Origin: Nitrospinota bacterium
Lineage (GTDB): Bacteria > Nitrospinota_A > UBA7883 > JADGGD01
Direction: 5' to 3'
DNA length: 64,000 nt
Assembly (NCBI GenBank): GCA_942491805.1
Contig: CALOCG010000031.1
Location: forward strand, 20,514-84,513
Shown: positions 9,791 to 17,847 of the stretch, in pieces
Numbering within the stretch: the first letter of the stretch is position 1
How the letters are laid out: each line of letters begins with the position of its first letter
Program-made: the position numbers and the translations under genes
Notes under the pieces: model-generated
The model's input: only the letters and a program-made list of their open reading frames with translations
What the model was told of the DNA's origin: nothing
Database searches by the model: none

Positions 9791-10011
9791 GGGGGCGCGT
9801 TCCCTGCGCAGGGCGCTCACTCGACAGACGATACCTGTCTTAATGCGTCCATCACATGTCCGTTTGGGAGCCTGACGCAAAAAACACCCGCAAGAGCGTG
9901 CGCGGCGGTCGTTTTGGTTTTCGTTTCGGGGGTGCTGCGCCGCCTCCTCTTGAAGGCGCAAGTGCAGGGTGCGTGGCCGGATGAGAAGGTGTAAGATAAG
10001 CAGTTGAACGT

Positions 10012-10713
10012 TTGATTGAACCAGTGGATATGACCGAAACACAAAAGACCCTCTGCTTGGGCGTCTTCAGCGCCCGAGGTGAGCGAAAACTGTTCCCTCT
10101 CGACCGCGAGCGGATGGTCCTCGGCAGAGAGGCGCCGTGCGAGATTTATCTCCCGGACCCCTCGGTCTCCAAACGGCACGCCCTCATCGTCGTCGAAGAT
10201 GGAGACGTCACCATCCACGACGGGGTCGACGGCGCCCCTTCGTCCAACGGGGTGTATGTCAACGGGGTGCGGATCGAGGGGAGCGCGCCTCTATCGGTCG
10301 GGGACGAACTGATGACCGGGGTCTTTCGGTTCACCGTCGGCGACGCAGAGGAGATGACCCGGATCCCGTCGCTTTCGGAGGTGCGCAAGGCCAAAGACCT
10401 CCCGCTTTATCTGGCGCAAGGGGATTTCGCTTTCGTCGGCGACGAAGAGGTTATCGCGCGGGTGACCGAGCTTGCTTTGACGGTGACCGAGATCGAACGG
10501 ATGTTCGACGACGCCCTTGACGACGCCATGGGGAACCATCAACTCAAACGGGTGGCGTTCCTCTCGCGGATCAAGCGACAGATCATCGACCAAGGTACCT
10601 CCACCTCGTCGATTGAGACCGTTTCTGCGGAGAAAGATCATACGTTACGAGTGGTCTTCATCGTCGCCGGGTTGGCGGCGGCGCTGGCGATCGGCATGGG
10701 CCTTTTGGCCTGA
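10012..10713 (+). CDS. FHA-domain protein with C-terminal transmembrane anchor
   Basis: 233 aa. The FHA signature is MVLGREAPCEIYLPDPSVSKRHALIVVEDGDVTIHD...SSNGVYVNG. The C-terminal hydrophobic helix is VVFIVAGLAAALAIGMGLLA. Confidence 0.8.
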   Translation: MIEPVDMTETQKTLCLGVFSARGERKLFPLDRERMVLGREAPCEIYLPDPSVSKRHALIVVEDGDVTIHDGVDGAPSSNGVYVNGVRIEGSAPLSVGDELMTGVFRFTVGDAEEMTRIPSLSEVRKAKDLPLYLAQGDFAFVGDEEVIARVTELALTVTEIERMFDDALDDAMGNHQLKRVAFLSRIKRQIIDQGTSTSSIETVSAEKDHTLRVVFIVAGLAAALAIGMGLLA

Positions 10714-10727
10714 TCCGGAAAAGGCAT

Positions 10728-11192
10728 ATGGATACGAGAGACGAGAACGCCGAAGAAGAGGTGAGCGCCGGGAAAGATACCGCTGCGCGGACGACCCGAA
10801 AGGAGGACGCCTCCGCTCCCGATACGTTCGACATGACCATGGCGATCCCGACGGAGATGGTCGGGTCGGCGCCCGACAGGTTGCTGGAACCGGCGCTTCA
10901 GATCCGACGGGAGGGGCGATGGGAACGGTTTCCGTTGAAAGGGAAAGAGGTGACCATCGGCCATCAACGCCAAGCCGATAATCAGATCACCCTCGACGAT
11001 CAGCAGGTCTCCCGACGGCACGCGAAAGTTCTGTTCGATAAACCGACCGGCGCCTATTTTTTCCTCGATGTCGGATCGACCAACGGTTCGTCGGTCAACG
11101 GTGTTCCCGTAAATCCGCACGATCCGATTAAGCTTTCGAACAACGACCAGATCAAAGTCGGCGACTCCCGGATCAACGTCTACCTCCCCTAG
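10728..11192 (+). CDS. FHA-domain protein
   Basis: 154 aa. VTIGHQRQADNQITLDDQQVSRRHAKVLFD...FFLDVGSTNGSSVNG is a canonical FHA core (G-R...S-R-x-H...S-x-N-G). Confidence 0.8.
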   Translation: MDTRDENAEEEVSAGKDTAARTTRKEDASAPDTFDMTMAIPTEMVGSAPDRLLEPALQIRREGRWERFPLKGKEVTIGHQRQADNQITLDDQQVSRRHAKVLFDKPTGAYFFLDVGSTNGSSVNGVPVNPHDPIKLSNNDQIKVGDSRINVYLP

Positions 11193-11205
11193 GGGGGGGG
11201 GGGGG
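11192..11205. repeat. homopolymeric G14 tract
   Basis: Fourteen consecutive G residues start at the last base of the TAG stop (11190-11192) of the FHA gene, in the gap between convergent genes. Confidence 0.9.
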
Positions 11206-11251
11206 CGGCCCCCTGCGTGGTCGTCAGGGAATCCCCAAACACAGGTTCCAT

Positions 11252-11282
11252 TAAAAACGCCCCCAGCCGAAGCTGGAGGCGT
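11252..11282 (-). terminator. rho-independent terminator of cytochrome c gene copy 1
   Basis: On the minus strand, ACGCCTCCAGC-ttcg-GCTGGGGGCGT is followed by TTTTT (plus-strand A-run 11252-11256). It lies ~30 nt past the stop of 11310..11678. Confidence 0.75.
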
Positions 11283-11309
11283 TTGTCGGTTCCGCTTGAA
11301 ATCGAAGGC

Positions 11310-11678
11310 TTACAGCTTGTGCAGGTAAGCGATGATGTTGGCGACGTCGTCGCCTTTGAGACCGCGAACTTTCATAGCGGTTTTCTTTTTGCCGGTTTTG
11401 CCGACGCGCGCTTTCAGCTCTTCAACCTCGGCGTCGCCAGCTTCCCAAACGGCTTGGGGATCGGTGAGCCATTTCGTCATCCACTCGTCGCCGTGACGGC
11501 TGGTGACACCTTGCAGGCCGGGGCCCATTTTCTTTTTGGCGCCGGTATCGTGGCAGACCGCACATTTTTTCTGGAACTTCGCTTCGCCAGCGGCGACATC
11601 GCCAGCCATGGCGACCCCAGCGGACATGGTGACGGCGGCAAAGCCGAGAGCGACGGCGCCATAGATAAGTTTTTTCAT
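11310..11678 (-). CDS. small soluble class I c-type cytochrome (copy 1)
   Basis: 122 aa. Signal peptide MKKLIYGAVALGFAAVTMSAGVAMA, single haem motif CAVCH, distal Met region KKKMGPGL. RBS GGAGGGG lies upstream of the ATG. Confidence 0.85.
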   Translation of the reverse strand: MKKLIYGAVALGFAAVTMSAGVAMAGDVAAGEAKFQKKCAVCHDTGAKKKMGPGLQGVTSRHGDEWMTKWLTDPQAVWEAGDAEVEELKARVGKTGKKKTAMKVRGLKGDDVANIIAYLHKL

Positions 11679-12045
11679 GTTTCCCCTCCAGATATTTTTT
11701 GATGGCGAAAAGGGCGGCCGATGATCGAAAAACCACCGGATATATGCCCCTCACGCGTGGTCTTGAAGGCCTAGTATGCAGGATGAAATAAAGAATTCAA
11801 CCGTAAATCGGGCGGTTTTTAGGCGTGCCGAAGAGAACGCCATTCCAGTATCGGAGAGGGAAGATGGGGAGACGCCTGAATCAAAAGATGTTGTGAAAAG
11901 CGAGCGGCGTTCTGTAAAATGGCGTATTTTTTTAACAAGTTAGGAAAAAATGCCCGATCCTGAGGCTTTTATTACCTTGATAGACGCCTTCACCGGCCGA
12001 GAGTGGGGCGCCACGCTGACTTTTCTGGAAGTAACGGCGGGCGAA

Positions 12046-12078
12046 CAAAAAAACGCCCCCAGCCGAAGCTGGAGGCGT
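12046..12078 (-). terminator. rho-independent terminator of cytochrome c gene copy 2
   Basis: Same 26-nt hairpin sequence as at 11257-11282, with plus-strand A-run 12046-12052. Confidence 0.75.
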
Positions 12079-12103
12079 CGATGTTCCGCAGGAAACGACC
12101 GAC

Positions 12104-12481
12104 TTAGTTGCCGTCGTTTTTGTGCAGGAAAGCGATGATGTTGGCGACGTCGTCACCTTTGAGACCGCGAACTTTCATAGCGGTTTTCTTTTTGCCGGTT
12201 TTGCCGACGCGCGCTTTCAGCTCTTCAACCTCGGCGTCGCCAGCTTCCCAAACGGCTTGGGGATCGGTGAGCCATTTCGTCATCCACTCGTCGGAGTGTT
12301 TGCCGGTAGTCCCTTTGAGGCCGGGGCCCATTTTCTTTTTATCGCCCAGATCGTGGCAGACCGCGCATTTCTTCTTGAACATCGCTTCGCCAGCGGCGGC
12401 ATCGCCAGCCATAGCGGTCCCGGCGGACATGGTGACGGCGGCAAAGCCGAGAGCGACGGCGCCCGAGATAAACTTCTTCAT
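12104..12481 (-). CDS. small soluble class I c-type cytochrome (copy 2)
   Basis: This is the C-terminal 125 codons of track ORF 12104..13342, starting at MKKFISGAVALGFAAVTMSAGTAMA. It has the same RBS/ATG context (CATGTTTCCCCTCC on the plus strand) as copy 1 and a CAVCH haem motif. The long N-terminal extension of the ORF is Ser/Arg/Pro-rich shadow sequence overlapping a recognisable plus-strand gene. Confidence 0.85.
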   Translation of the reverse strand: MKKFISGAVALGFAAVTMSAGTAMAGDAAAGEAMFKKKCAVCHDLGDKKKMGPGLKGTTGKHSDEWMTKWLTDPQAVWEAGDAEVEELKARVGKTGKKKTAMKVRGLKGDDVANIIAFLHKNDGN

Positions 12482-12854
12482 GTTTCCCCTCCAAAAGTCG
12501 ATTTGAGGTTTGTCCGACAGGCGACATCGCCCAGCGGACGTAAAGGCGTCCGGTGGCAGGATATTCCTAGCAACCGGTCTTTCCCCTGTATAATAGCGGG
12601 TGCGACGGAATCGAAAACGGGATGGCCCGCTTTCTGGCCCGTCGTTTCTCGATAACCGGACAGAATCGACGCGAACGCCATTCTGTTTGGCCGAGAGACG
12701 ACGGGAATGAAGCCGATAGTAATGGCTCGTCGCCAGTGTGTCAAGGCTTTCTTTCGTCGCATCTGAAGCGACTGTATACCGTTCGTTTATAATAAAAGGC
12801 ATCCGTTTATCTCCTGCCTCGGTCGGATGTGACGGACGAAAGGGAAGGGATTCG

Positions 12855-13355
12855 GTGAAGCCTGTTCGCTTAGGGGTCAGCTCCTGTTTGCTCGGGGAGC
12901 CTACCCGATACGATGGGGGGGAGGTTACCAACACCCCCCTCGTGCGGTGGCTCGATGGGCGGGCGGAGACCCTCTCCCTCTGCCCCGAAGTCGGCGCACA
13001 GATGCCGGTCCCCCGTCCGCCGATCCACCTCATAGAAAAGGAGGGGGGGGTGCGGGCCGTCGACCGGGAAAGCGGCGCCGTCGATATGACCGATCGGCTG
13101 GTCGGGTGGGCCGAACGGGAGGGGGCGATCGTCGAGACGCTCGATGGGTTGCTTCTAAAAAGCCGAAGCCCCTCGTGCGGCGTTACCGATACGCCGTTGG
13201 TCGGCGCCGACCGAACCGGGGCCGGGATCTTCGCCGGATGGGTGATGGAGCGATTCCCCCACCTCCCCCTCATCGACGAGGAGGGGTGGGAAGACGAAGC
13301 GAAGCGGGCGCTATGGTGGAAGCGGGTAACGGCCCACGCCACGCGGCGCGATTGA
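12855..13355 (+). CDS. DUF523 (TudS/YbbK-like) family protein
   Basis: VRLGVSSCLLGEPTRYDGG ... SRSPSCGV match the conserved Cys-containing motifs of DUF523. GTG 12855 is preceded by GAAAGGGAAGGGA. The upstream part of ORF 12738..13355 has no family-like sequence. Confidence 0.7.
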   Translation: MKPVRLGVSSCLLGEPTRYDGGEVTNTPLVRWLDGRAETLSLCPEVGAQMPVPRPPIHLIEKEGGVRAVDRESGAVDMTDRLVGWAEREGAIVETLDGLLLKSRSPSCGVTDTPLVGADRTGAGIFAGWVMERFPHLPLIDEEGWEDEAKRALWWKRVTAHATRRD

Positions 13356-13411
13356 CAGTCGCATGAACCGAACGGTACGATGCGCCCCTGTTTACCAAGC
13401 TAAAGGACGGC

Positions 13412-13939
13412 ATGAAAGAGATCGAACGAATCTTCGAGCGGGGGCTTCTTTCCACCCGGTTTGTGGTGTTGATCGCGGTGTTGGCTAGTCTCGTCACCTC
13501 ATTGGCCGTCTTTTTTCTCGCCACCGTCGATGTGGTGATACTGGTGGGGCACATCGCCCACTACGCCGACGGCTCGATGACCGGCGACGAGCGGATGGCG
13601 CTGCGGAACCAGTCGATCACCCACGTGGTCGAAGTGATGGATGGCTACCTGTTGGCGACGATCCTGCTGATCTTCGCCCTTGGGCTCTACGAGATATTCG
13701 TCTCCCCTTTCGACGAAGCGGCTGCGGAGGGGGGGGAGGCCCTCTATTTTTCGAGCCTCGACGATCTGAAAAACGCCTTGGCCCGGGTGATCCTGATCAT
13801 CCTGATCGTCAAACTTTTTGAACACGCCCTTCAGATGGAGATCGCCACGTCGGTCGATCTTTTGGCCTTCGCCGGGTCGATAGCCTTGGTGGGGCTGGCC
13901 CTGTATCTCTCCCACGCCGGGGGCGGGGGGAAACACTGA
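13412..13939 (+). CDS. YqhA-family (UPF0114) inner-membrane protein
   Basis: 175 aa with the layout and motifs of YqhA: ERGLLSTRFVVLIAVLASL, a central helix DGYLLATILLIFALGLYEIFV, and a C-terminal helix. Confidence 0.7.
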   Translation: MKEIERIFERGLLSTRFVVLIAVLASLVTSLAVFFLATVDVVILVGHIAHYADGSMTGDERMALRNQSITHVVEVMDGYLLATILLIFALGLYEIFVSPFDEAAAEGGEALYFSSLDDLKNALARVILIILIVKLFEHALQMEIATSVDLLAFAGSIALVGLALYLSHAGGGGKH

Positions 13940-13968
13940 TCGACGACGCCACCGCCCGCACGCTGCTG

Positions 13969-14283
13969 ATGGGGCGCAAGAAAACGATCGAGCAAGAAAG
14001 CCTCGACGGGGCCGACGCCGCCAACGTGGTGGAGCTCGACCAATCGCGTGTGGGGCGCCTCTCTCGCATGGACGCCATGCAACAGCAGGCCATGGCGCAA
14101 GAGTCGCAACGACGTCGAAAAATCGAGCTGGCCCGAATCGACGCGGCGTTGACGCGTCTCGACGGCGGGGAGTATGGCTACTGCTTAAAGTGCGACGAGT
14201 CGATTCCCGACAAACGGTTGCAGGTCGATCCGGCTTCCCCTTTGTGTGTCGATTGCGCCGAAAAGAGCGAACGGAAAAAGTAG
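13969..14283 (+). CDS. DksA/TraR-family C4 zinc-finger protein
   Basis: LDQSRVGRLSRMDAMQQQAMA followed by YGYCLKCDESIP...PASPLCVDC (CxxC-N17-CxxC). Confidence 0.8.
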   Translation: MGRKKTIEQESLDGADAANVVELDQSRVGRLSRMDAMQQQAMAQESQRRRKIELARIDAALTRLDGGEYGYCLKCDESIPDKRLQVDPASPLCVDCAEKSERKK

Positions 14284-14284
14284 T

Positions 14285-15643
14285 ATGACCCGTCGAGACA
14301 AGATCGTCTTCTCCCTTTGCGGGCTGATCCTTCTCGCCGCCGGGGTCGATCTGTTCCATCCCCTGTTTGGCTTGAACGACGCCGAAGAGGCGTCATTGGC
14401 GACGTTGCTGATCGCGGCGCTCCTCTGGGTGACCGAAACGATTCCCCTCTTCGCCACGGCGTTCGTCATCGTCTTCTTGCAGGCGACGTTGCTGATCCCG
14501 GCGCTGAAAGCGACCGAGCATCCGTTGGCCTTTCAGGCGTTGCTGTCCCCCTTCTTCTCGAACATCATCTTGCTCTTCCTCGGCGGCTTCGTCCTCTCTT
14601 CGGCGATGCATCGGTATCGTCTCGATCAGCGACTGGCCCACTGGCTCCTCGCGCGGGTGGAGGGGAACCCGAAACGGCTGTTGCTGACCATGATCGGGGT
14701 GTCGGCGTTTCTCTCGATGTGGATGAGCAACACCGCCACCGCCGCCATGATGTTCGCCATCGCCGCGCCGATTATCGTCGGCCTGGAAGGGGCGCCCTTT
14801 GCGCGAGGGTTGGCGTTGGCCATTCCGTTCGCCTGCAACCTCGGCGGTATGGGGACCCCCATCGGGACGCCGCCGAACGCCATCGTCTTGTCGTACCTGA
14901 CCAAAGCCGGGATGCCGATTTCGTTTTTCGGATGGATGACGCTGGCGGTTCCGGTGATGTTGATAGGGCTCGTTTTTCTCTGGCGACTCTTGTTGGTCCT
15001 CTATCCGGCAGGGAGCGTGGTGGTCGATTGCGCCGTGGAGGAGAAGGGGGCGTTGAGCCGGCGCGGCTGGTTCGTGCTGGCGGTTTTCGGAGTCACCTGT
15101 CTCGGCTGGATGACCTCCGACCTGCACGGCTTCCCTACCGGGGTCGTGTCGCTGGTACCGCTGATTCTCTTTTTCGGGTTGCGAGTATTGTCGACCCAAG
15201 ATTTTCGAACCCTCTCGTGGGATGTCCTCTTCATGCTCGGCGGCGGGTTGACGCTTGGCGTCGGGATGAGCGCCTCCGGGTTGGCGACCAAGATCGTCGG
15301 CGCCATCCCGGAAGAGACCGGCTTTACGGTGGTGCTTCTCTCGTTCGCCGCGTTGGCGGCGGTAATGTCGACCTTTTTTAGTAACACCGCCACCGCCAAC
15401 TTGATTATCCCTATCGTCGTCTCCATGGGGACCGAGACCGTCGCCATGGCGGTGGTGGTCGGCATGGTCTGTTCGTCAGCCATGGCGTTGCCGGTCTCGA
15501 CGCCGCCCAACGCTATCGCCTACGGGTCGGGCGCTTTTAGCGGACGGGACATGATGAAAACCGGGTTGATCGTCACGATCTTCTGTGTGGCCCTTATACT
15601 GGTGGCAGGGCGCATCTACTGGCGTCCGCTGGGGCTTGTCTAA
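14285..15643 (+). CDS. DASS/SLC13-type anion:sodium symporter family transporter
   Basis: Polytopic membrane protein with two SNT hairpin motifs (MWMSNTATAAMM and FFSNTATANLIIP). ATG 14285 lies 1 nt after the preceding stop. The track ORF starts earlier at 14246 inside the upstream gene. Confidence 0.8.
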   Translation: MTRRDKIVFSLCGLILLAAGVDLFHPLFGLNDAEEASLATLLIAALLWVTETIPLFATAFVIVFLQATLLIPALKATEHPLAFQALLSPFFSNIILLFLGGFVLSSAMHRYRLDQRLAHWLLARVEGNPKRLLLTMIGVSAFLSMWMSNTATAAMMFAIAAPIIVGLEGAPFARGLALAIPFACNLGGMGTPIGTPPNAIVLSYLTKAGMPISFFGWMTLAVPVMLIGLVFLWRLLLVLYPAGSVVVDCAVEEKGALSRRGWFVLAVFGVTCLGWMTSDLHGFPTGVVSLVPLILFFGLRVLSTQDFRTLSWDVLFMLGGGLTLGVGMSASGLATKIVGAIPEETGFTVVLLSFAALAAVMSTFFSNTATANLIIPIVVSMGTETVAMAVVVGMVCSSAMALPVSTPPNAIAYGSGAFSGRDMMKTGLIVTIFCVALILVAGRIYWRPLGLV

Positions 15644-15880
15644 AGGAGTGAAAAACTATCCGCGTTGCCGCTGCGGTGTCGAAACCGGCGAAGTTCCCCC
15701 GGAATGGAAACCAATTCAAAAGACTGGGGGTTGAGGGATGCTCAAGAAGAGCCTTCATGGAGTGGGCGAAGACCACGGCTCTTCATCGATGGTACGCGCT
15801 ACAAGCAGGCGCACGCCCGTCTTCTGCCAGCGCCTGTCTCTATCGCGTTTTTCAGCCTCGGGGGAAAGGGAGATTTAAAT

Positions 15881-16201
15881 ATGGAACTGCATCGACAGAC
15901 CTGCCAGAAGTGCGGTTCCCGCTCCATGCGGCTGACCTTGGCCCGGGAAGAGGGGGAGACCGACAAAGTCTTCGTCAAATGCGCCGACTGCAACGAGTTC
16001 GTCGCCCGTTACACCATCGCCCAACGAGGCTACTATCACCACGGCAAAGGGTTCGATTCGTATCTCAGGGGGATCAACCGTGGCGGGGTCTACGAGAGCG
16101 CTCGGGAGCTGACCGGCGGTTTCGACGAGATCAGCGAGAAGGCGAAGAAGGAGTTCGACGAGATCGAGGAGGAGCTGAAGAGACAGGGGAAGGGGGATTG
16201 A
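15881..16201 (+). CDS. hypothetical zinc-ribbon protein
   Basis: The internal ATG 15881 of ORF 15665..16201 is preceded by GGGGGAAAGGGAG. MELHRQTCQKCGS...VKCADCNEF gives a CxxC...CxxC ribbon, followed by an acidic/basic C-terminal helix. Confidence 0.45.
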   Translation: MELHRQTCQKCGSRSMRLTLAREEGETDKVFVKCADCNEFVARYTIAQRGYYHHGKGFDSYLRGINRGGVYESARELTGGFDEISEKAKKEFDEIEEELKRQGKGD

Positions 16202-16241
16202 GAAATGGATATTGAAGAAATCAATCTTCATAGCGCCCATC

Positions 16242-16613
16242 TCACAGCAACACGATCGTGATCCCTTCGTTCCCTTTCTGATAGTCGGGGTCCCCTTTCA
16301 TTCCCGGCATGACGGCGAAGAGCGCTACGGAGGCTTCGTCCCAGTCGTTGAACCGTTCGCCGGGAACGAAGAGCCGGATGAGCCCCTCTTTTCTCCGTTT
16401 GGCTAACGATTTCCTGATCCCCATCTTGATGGCGCCTCCGACGCCGGTGGAGCCGTAACCGTGAATCAGTTTGACGACTTTCGCCCCTTGATCGCGGCTG
16501 CGGGCGAGTGCGGCTTTTAGCTTCTGCCGCGCCTCTTCGACGGTCGGCATCCCTTCTTTTAGATTAACGGTGACGACGCTACCTACCTTTTTCTTTTTGC
16601 GACCTTGCCTCAT
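16242..16613 (-). CDS. Smr-domain protein
   Basis: 123 aa. VVKLIHGYGSTGVGGAIK matches the Smr LxIHGxG core. Confidence 0.7.
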   Translation of the reverse strand: MRQGRKKKKVGSVVTVNLKEGMPTVEEARQKLKAALARSRDQGAKVVKLIHGYGSTGVGGAIKMGIRKSLAKRRKEGLIRLFVPGERFNDWDEASVALFAVMPGMKGDPDYQKGNEGITIVLL

Positions 16614-16627
16614 CGGCTTCTCCCCAC

Positions 16628-16663
16628 AAAAAGAGCCGCCTCCTTTAAGAGACGGCTCTTTTT
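16628..16663 (-). terminator. terminator-like hairpin downstream of prfB
   Basis: AAAAAGAGCCG (16628-16638) and CGGCTCTTTTT (16653-16663) are exact complements, with A/T runs on both sides. Confidence 0.5.
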
Positions 16664-16679
16664 CATATACCCCATCGGC

Positions 16680-17805
16680 TTACTCTAAGTCGTCTTCCAT
16701 CGGTTCGGTCGATTCCCCCCGCAAGAGGTAGCCGACGATGAATTGGTCGAGGTCGCCGTCGAGAACCCGGTTGATGTCACCGGCTTCGATCCTCGTTCGC
16801 AAGTCTTTGACCATCTGGTACGGTTGCATGACGTAGGAGCGAATCTGCGATCCCCACTGAATCCCTTTTTTCTCTCCGCCGAAACTTTGCATTTTCTCAA
16901 GCCGCTTCTGTTCTTCGAGCTGAAAGAGTTTCCCTTTCAGCACTTTCATGGCGGCGGCTTTGTTTTTATGCTGGCTCCGCTCGTTCTGACAACCGACGAC
17001 GACGCCGGTCGGGAGGTGGGTGATCCGCACCGCCGAGTCGGTGGTGTTGACGTGCTGACCACCGGCGCCGGATGAGCGGTAGGTGTCGATCTTCAGGTCT
17101 TCTTCCCGGATATCGACTTCGAGCTCGTCACTGATCTCCGGCATCACCGCCACCGAGGAGAATGACGTATGGCGCCGTTTGTTTGCGTCGTAGGGGCTGA
17201 TGCGGACGAGGCGATGGACCCCGACTTCGGCCTTCATATAGCCGTAGGCGTATTCGCCGCTGATGATGAAGGTGGCCGATTTGATTCCGGCCTCTTCACC
17301 GTCGAGCTGGTCGAGTAGCTCGACTTTGAATCCGCGCCGCTCGGCCCAGCGGTAATACATCCGTTGCAGCATCGAGGCCCAGTCTTGCGATTCGGTTCCC
17401 CCGGCGCCGGAGTGGATCTCGACGATGGCGTTGTCGGTGTCGTGTTCGCCGGAGAGCATGGCCGCAAGCTCCACCTGCTCGGTTTCGCCGGCCAAGGTTC
17501 TCATTTCGGCCAGCGCTTCCGCTTCCATGGCCGGGTCGTCTTCCATTTCGAGCAGTTCGGCCATGTCGCGGGCGTCGCCGAGCCGTTTTTCGAGCGCCTG
17601 ATACGATTCGACCGCTTTGGTCAGTTGGGCGCGTCGTTTTAGGATCGGTTGGGTGGCCGCCTGATCGTCCCAGAATCCGTCGGCGGCGATTTTGACTTCG
17701 AGTTTTTCGAGTTCTCGCAATTTGCCGGGGAGGTCAAAGATGCCCCCGGAGACGGAGGAGTTTCTCCTCGGTTTCGGCGAACAACCCAGCGAATTCTTCG
17801 TTCAT
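16680..17805 (-). CDS. prfB: peptide chain release factor 2, expressed through programmed +1 frameshift
   Basis: ATG at 17803-17805 gives MNEEFAGLFAETEEKLLRLRGHL, then an in-frame TGA. The +1 frame continues DLPGKLRELEKLE... into ORF 16680..17720, which carries the SPY (SPF-type) and GGQ (SGAGGQHVN) motifs. Confidence 0.95.
17733..17739 (-). promoter_or_regulatory. prfB: RF2 autoregulatory +1 frameshift site CTT TGA C with upstream SD-like GGGGG
   Basis: The minus strand reads CGG GGG CAT CTT TGA C. The E. coli site is AGG GGG TAT CTT TGA C. Confidence 0.9.
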
Positions 17806-17847
17806 CAGCCCAAGACTCCTTGTTACAACAAAAATACGCGACGCCGA

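Noticed and set aside
12482-13342. N-terminal 287-codon extension of the ORF containing cytochrome c copy 2
   Set aside because: The extension is Ser/Arg/Pro-rich and overlaps the recognisable DUF523 gene on the other strand. Copy 1 shows that the true gene starts at the MKK signal peptide with an identical RBS.
13499-15510. Minus-strand ORFs (13499..14359, 14393..15199, 15001..15510) and plus-strand alternative frame 14317..15381
   Set aside because: They overlap the YqhA, DksA/TraR and DASS transporter genes. The translations are Arg/Gly/Pro-rich or low complexity.
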